Origin: Xylella taiwanensis
Lineage (GTDB): Bacteria > Pseudomonadota > Gammaproteobacteria > Xanthomonadales > Xanthomonadaceae
Length of the DNA: 32,000 bases
NCBI RefSeq assembly: GCF_013177435.1
Contig: NZ_CP053627.1
Coordinates: forward strand, 2,760,001 to 2,792,000
Direction: 5' to 3'
The translations under genes and the position numbers were made by a program. Each line of letters begins with the position of its first letter. Position 1 is the first letter of the stretch. The notes under the pieces were generated by a model. That model was not told the DNA's origin and made no database searches. It was given only the letters and a program-made list of their open reading frames with translations. Of this stretch, positions 27,238 through 32,000 are shown in pieces.

Positions 27238-27511
27238 CCACCCTCTCCTTCAGTTTCTGACCCGATCGGAAAGTAACCACTGTCCTGGCAGAAATTGGGA
27301 TCTCTTCACCCGTCTTAGGATTGCGGCCAGGACGTTGATTCTTACAGCGTAATTCAAAGTTACCGAAGCCGGAGAGCTTGACCTGCCGTCCTTGCTCCAG
27401 TGCATCGCTCAACACGTCAAAGAAGGTATTAACAAATTCTTTCGCTTCGCGTTTATTCAAGCCGACTTCATCAAATAAACGCTCGACCATCTCTGCTTTC
27501 GTCAATGCCAT
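27212..27511 (-). CDS. ihfA: Integration host factor subunit alpha
   Basis: [27 protein letters not shown]...[42 protein letters not shown] chose the internal ATG at 27511, which follows AGGGAG. Confidence 0.95.
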   Translation of the reverse strand: MALTKAEMVERLFDEVGLNKREAKEFVNTFFDVLSDALEQGRQVKLSGFGNFELRCKNQRPGRNPKTGEEIPISARTVVTFRSGQKLKERVDAYVGSRQ

Positions 27512-27534
27512 GCTGATGTGCTCCCTTTCTCGCC

Positions 27535-29913
27535 TCAAGACCGAATTCGCGCGCCGTGCCGCTGCTTGATCGCTATCACGACCTTTGTAACGAGGTCGTC
27601 CACGTCACGGTCGGTCAGAGTGCGCGTGCTATCTTGTAAAATCAAGCCAATAGCCAGACTTTTAAAGCCAAATTCGATACCCTTACCGACATAGCGATCA
27701 AACAGTTTCACCTCGCGAAGCAACGGTCCGACTGAGTCGCGTACAGTGATTGACAGATCGTTCCAAGTCACTTCCTCCGGCACCACACAGGCCAAGTCAC
27801 GGCGCACCGATGGGAACCGCGACAGCGCATAAGCACGTGGAAGTGCGCAACGTACCAACGGTTCCAAAGCCAGCTCGAACGCGATCACATCCACATTGAT
27901 CTCGAGTGCTTTGATGAGCATCGGATGCAATTGTCCGATCCAGCCAATACAAGTGCCATCACACCAAACGTCGGCTGAGCGGCCCGGATGGCTCCATGGC
28001 TGTGCTGACGGATGGAACGCTAAGACTGCGCCGCTAGCCGCAGCCAGCGATTCAAGATCACCTTTCAGATCGTAAAAATCGACCTTACGCAACTGTTCAC
28101 CCCACTGCAAGGCAAACGCATCACCACACACCGCAGCAGCGACGTGCTGGACTTCAAGCGGTGCTGCCCCAGACTCATCAGACGCAGTAAACACCTTCCC
28201 CAACTCAAACAAACGCACGCGCTCAGCCTGACGCGCAATGTTGCGACCCAACGCTGCCACCAAGCCTGGTAACAAGCGTGGCCGCATCACTGCTAACTCA
28301 GCGCTCAGCGGGTTAACCAGCACGACCTGACTGGCATCCAATTGCCAACGGTGCAGCAACTCAGGATCGATGAAGGCATAGTTGATGGCTTCTTGTAACT
28401 CGCGCGCAACTAGCTGACGACGCACACTGCTCACATCAAGTCGCGTTTCACTTGGCATTGCGATGCGACTCGCTCCACCCGGCAACGCCGTCGGCAGATG
28501 CTCGTAACCATGGATACGTACAAGCTCCTCGATCAGATCTTCCTCAAGCGCAATGTCGAAACGCCGGCTTGGTGCAACAACTCGCCAGCCATCCGCTTGA
28601 GCAGTCACCTGCATACCAAGTGCATGTAAAACACGCTCCACCTCGGCATCATCAATCACAATGCCCAGCACGCGCGCGATGCGGGTGCGGCGCAGCAAGA
28701 TCGAGGCCGGTTTCGGTAAATACTCAGGCAACTCAACATGAACCAATGGCCCGGGCTTGCCGCCAGCCAGTTCCAGGACCAGACGGGCGGCAAACGCGAT
28801 CGCTTGCGGGGGTAAGGCTGGATCTACGCCGCGCTCGAAGCGGTGCCCGGCATCAGTATGCAGGCCGAGTTTACGCCCACGCCCCATCATTGCAGCCGGT
28901 GCGAAATGCGCAGCCTCAAGGAAAACGTTGACAGTGATGTCGGTAACGCGGGTATCCCAGCCACCGATCAAACCAGCTAGCGCAATTGGATGGTCGGAAT
29001 CAGTCACAACCAGAAAATCGTTATCAAGTAAGACTGTACGTCCGTCAAGAAGTTTCAACACTTCATCATCACGGGAGTGACGTACACCAATGGGACCACG
29101 GAGCGTATCCAAGTCAAAAGCGTGCATCGGCTGCCCTAGTTCCAGCATCACATACTGAGTGATATCGACCAGCAACGACACCGGACGCATGCCGCTGCGA
29201 CGCAGGCGTTCCACCATCCACATCGGAGTGGGCGCCGCAGGATTGATGCCCTCAATCACACAGCCACAATAGCGTGGAGCATTGGCGCCAGCGTGCAATT
29301 CAATCGGCAGCGTGCGTGCGGAAACAGCAGTGATCTCGTCGATCTGGAACGGTGCCACTTCGCTGGCGCAAGCCGCGGCTACGTCGAAAGCAATGCCACG
29401 CACGCTGAAGCAATCGGCCCGGTTCGGGGTCAATTTAATCTCAATGCTGGCGTCCGGCAAAGCAAGATAATCAGCTAATGGCTTGCCAATAGGCGCGTCA
29501 TCCGGCAGCTCCATGAGACCGGACACATCAGTATCCAAGCCAAGTTCCTTGGCAGAGCACAACATTCCATTGGATTCAACACCACGCAGTTTGGTGGACT
29601 TGATCGTCAAATTACCGATTTTCGCGCCAACCAATGCCAATGGTACGACCAAGCCAGGACGCGTGTTTGGCGCACCACACACAATTTGCACAAGAGTACC
29701 TTGAGCAGCATCAACTTGACAGATTTGCAACCGATCAGACTCTGGATGGCTGACGACCTTGACAATGCGCGCGACTACAACCAGGTCCAGCGCCTCACCT
29801 AACACTGCCACGTCTTCAACTTCCAAACCAATCGCCGTCAGGGTCGCTACAAGCACGTCACGGCTCACTTGGATAGGAACATGGCTGCGCAACCAGTTTT
29901 CGCTGAATTTCAT
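27535..29913 (-). CDS. pheT: Phenylalanine--tRNA ligase beta subunit
   Basis: [12 protein letters not shown]... N-terminus with a tRNA-binding domain, then B3/4 and B5 regions and the C-terminal FDX-ACB. 792 aa from the ATG at 29913. Confidence 0.95.
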   Translation of the reverse strand: MKFSENWLRSHVPIQVSRDVLVATLTAIGLEVEDVAVLGEALDLVVVARIVKVVSHPESDRLQICQVDAAQGTLVQIVCGAPNTRPGLVVPLALVGAKIGNLTIKSTKLRGVESNGMLCSAKELGLDTDVSGLMELPDDAPIGKPLADYLALPDASIEIKLTPNRADCFSVRGIAFDVAAACASEVAPFQIDEITAVSARTLPIELHAGANAPRYCGCVIEGINPAAPTPMWMVERLRRSGMRPVSLLVDITQYVMLELGQPMHAFDLDTLRGPIGVRHSRDDEVLKLLDGRTVLLDNDFLVVTDSDHPIALAGLIGGWDTRVTDITVNVFLEAAHFAPAAMMGRGRKLGLHTDAGHRFERGVDPALPPQAIAFAARLVLELAGGKPGPLVHVELPEYLPKPASILLRRTRIARVLGIVIDDAEVERVLHALGMQVTAQADGWRVVAPSRRFDIALEEDLIEELVRIHGYEHLPTALPGGASRIAMPSETRLDVSSVRRQLVARELQEAINYAFIDPELLHRWQLDASQVVLVNPLSAELAVMRPRLLPGLVAALGRNIARQAERVRLFELGKVFTASDESGAAPLEVQHVAAAVCGDAFALQWGEQLRKVDFYDLKGDLESLAAASGAVLAFHPSAQPWSHPGRSADVWCDGTCIGWIGQLHPMLIKALEINVDVIAFELALEPLVRCALPRAYALSRFPSVRRDLACVVPEEVTWNDLSITVRDSVGPLLREVKLFDRYVGKGIEFGFKSLAIGLILQDSTRTLTDRDVDDLVTKVVIAIKQRHGARIRS

Positions 29914-30004
29914 GAGAGCCGGATCTGGAAACAGGAAAAGGTAAAAGAGCAAAATGGGCTAAGCACCACCGAAATACGGCAAGATCAAGGACACGGCAGC
30001 AGTC

Positions 30005-31075
<1,071 letters not shown>

Positions 31076-31098
31076 TTATCGCATACTCTCTAGACTCT

Positions 31099-31135
31099 AA
31101 AACGCAACGTGGGAAGGACTCATGCCCTTCCCCAC
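31099..31135 (-). terminator. Hairpin plus short U-run in the rplT-pheS spacer; candidate rplT terminator or pheST attenuator
   Basis: The minus strand reads GTGGGGAAGGG-CATGAGT-CCTTCCCAC, about 9 bp with one bulge, followed by GTTGCGTTTTAG. It lies 137 nt after the rplT stop and about 100 nt before the pheS ATG. Confidence 0.35.
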
Positions 31136-31271
31136 ATGTCTGCACTATATAAGCGCTGCTCTTTAAGTAAAAGATCCGACTACAGATACGATGCTGTCCA
31201 TATAAGGTATTCGCAACTGCTGAGAATACGGACACTCAAATGCTTGTTCCGCAAAGCCCTGCGCTGATGCT

Positions 31272-31631
31272 TTATGCCACAAGCATTTGCTTCGCCTTCT
31301 CAGCAAGGGCAGTAAAACCAGCGGCATCATGCACAGCGATGTCAGCCAACACTTTACGGTCCAAGGTAATACCACACTTCAAGAGACCATTCATGAAACG
31401 ACTGTAGCTCAGCCCATTGATACGAGCCGCCGCATTGATACGGACGATCCATAGAGAACGGAAATGACGCTTTTTCTGTTTACGGCCTATATAGGCGTAC
31501 TGCTGCGCTTTGATGACCGCCTGCTTGGCGACGCGAAAAACCTTACGGCGGGCGTTGTAGTATCCCTTTGCCTGACTCAATATTTTCTTATGACGGCGGC
31601 GCGCCTGCACGCCACGCTTGACTCGTGCCAT
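31272..31631 (-). CDS. rplT: 50S ribosomal protein L20
   Basis: [42 protein letters not shown]... Confidence 0.97.
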   Translation of the reverse strand: MARVKRGVQARRRHKKILSQAKGYYNARRKVFRVAKQAVIKAQQYAYIGRKQKKRHFRSLWIVRINAAARINGLSYSRFMNGLLKCGITLDRKVLADIAVHDAAGFTALAEKAKQMLVA

Positions 31632-31641
31632 GATTTAATCC

Positions 31642-31839
31642 TCAAAGGTAGGGCAACATGCGGTCTAAACGGCCAGCATCCTCAGCACGAGCATGGTTTT
31701 TTTGCCGAAGGTTGCGTTTCCGCTTAGTCGCTTTCTTAGTAAGGATATGGCTGCGATTGGCGTGTCCAGCCTTGTATTTTCCAGAGGCAGTCTTGCGGAA
31801 ACGCTTGGCCGCCGCCCGGTTGGTCTTTATCTTGGGCAT
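31642..31839 (-). CDS. rpmI: 50S ribosomal protein L35
   Basis: [36 protein letters not shown]..., 65 aa. The internal ATG at 31839 follows AAGGA. The longer listed ORF extension is rejected. Confidence 0.95.
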   Translation of the reverse strand: MPKIKTNRAAAKRFRKTASGKYKAGHANRSHILTKKATKRKRNLRQKNHARAEDAGRLDRMLPYL

Positions 31840-32000
31840 TACGAATGTCCTTGTAAGGATGTTTATCACTGCCCAGGGCGGCAGTAATGCGTACCGCACT
31901 TTTCCTAAAATCCCTTTAGCCCTAGGCTGCTTGTAAATCCTTGACTTGTAAGCCAAGGACGGGTCCCAACTTCACACAGAGAAACCAGCTCCAAAAAGCT

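Noticed and set aside
31840-31956. 39-codon upstream extension of the rpmI ORF
   Set aside because: L35 proteins are about 65 aa and start MPKIKT. The ATG at 31839 has an AAGGA RBS.
31905-32000. Possible 3' end of infC, expected upstream of rpmI
   Set aside because: Three minus-strand frames are open at the window edge, with stops at about 31905, 31922 and 31973. I cannot recognise an IF3 C-terminus in any of them from so few codons, so no feature is reported.

Overview
The window looks like a chromosomal segment from a xanthomonad, probably Xylella-like. That guess rests on gene content and moderate GC, not on any search. All calls come from reading the ORF translations against family motifs I remember.

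Most of the window is housekeeping:
- rpmI-rplT-pheS-pheT-ihfA-MerR
- tRNA-Pro and tRNA-Gly
- nnr-tsaE-amidase-mutL
- xseA, rnd and dcd

Two regions are not ordinary.

(1) 1.1-8.6 kb holds a stripped-down xanthomonadin / aryl-polyene (APE) type locus.
- The export and lipid-attachment genes are intact: ACP, two hotdog dehydratases, an LpxL-like acyltransferase, a LolA-like protein and an MMPL exporter.
- The XanB2-type chorismatase is also intact.
- The halogenase is a short relic with a frameshift and a nonsense codon.
- A membrane protein is split over three frames.
- No ketosynthase, ketoreductase or aryl-AMP ligase gene is present in the window.

(2) 22.9-25.8 kb holds an H-NS-family gene next to a visibly AT-rich stretch of dead genes.
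- One is a start-less, stop-riddled IS5-family transposase relic.
- The other is a heavily decayed rlmM (23S rRNA C2498 2'-O-methyltransferase) pseudogene that still encodes WMVCDMVE and PMKKRW in shifted frames.

I saw no CRISPR array, intact mobile element or clearly novel multi-gene system. The findings are mostly about gene decay, orphaned modules and a few unexplained RNA-structure candidates.
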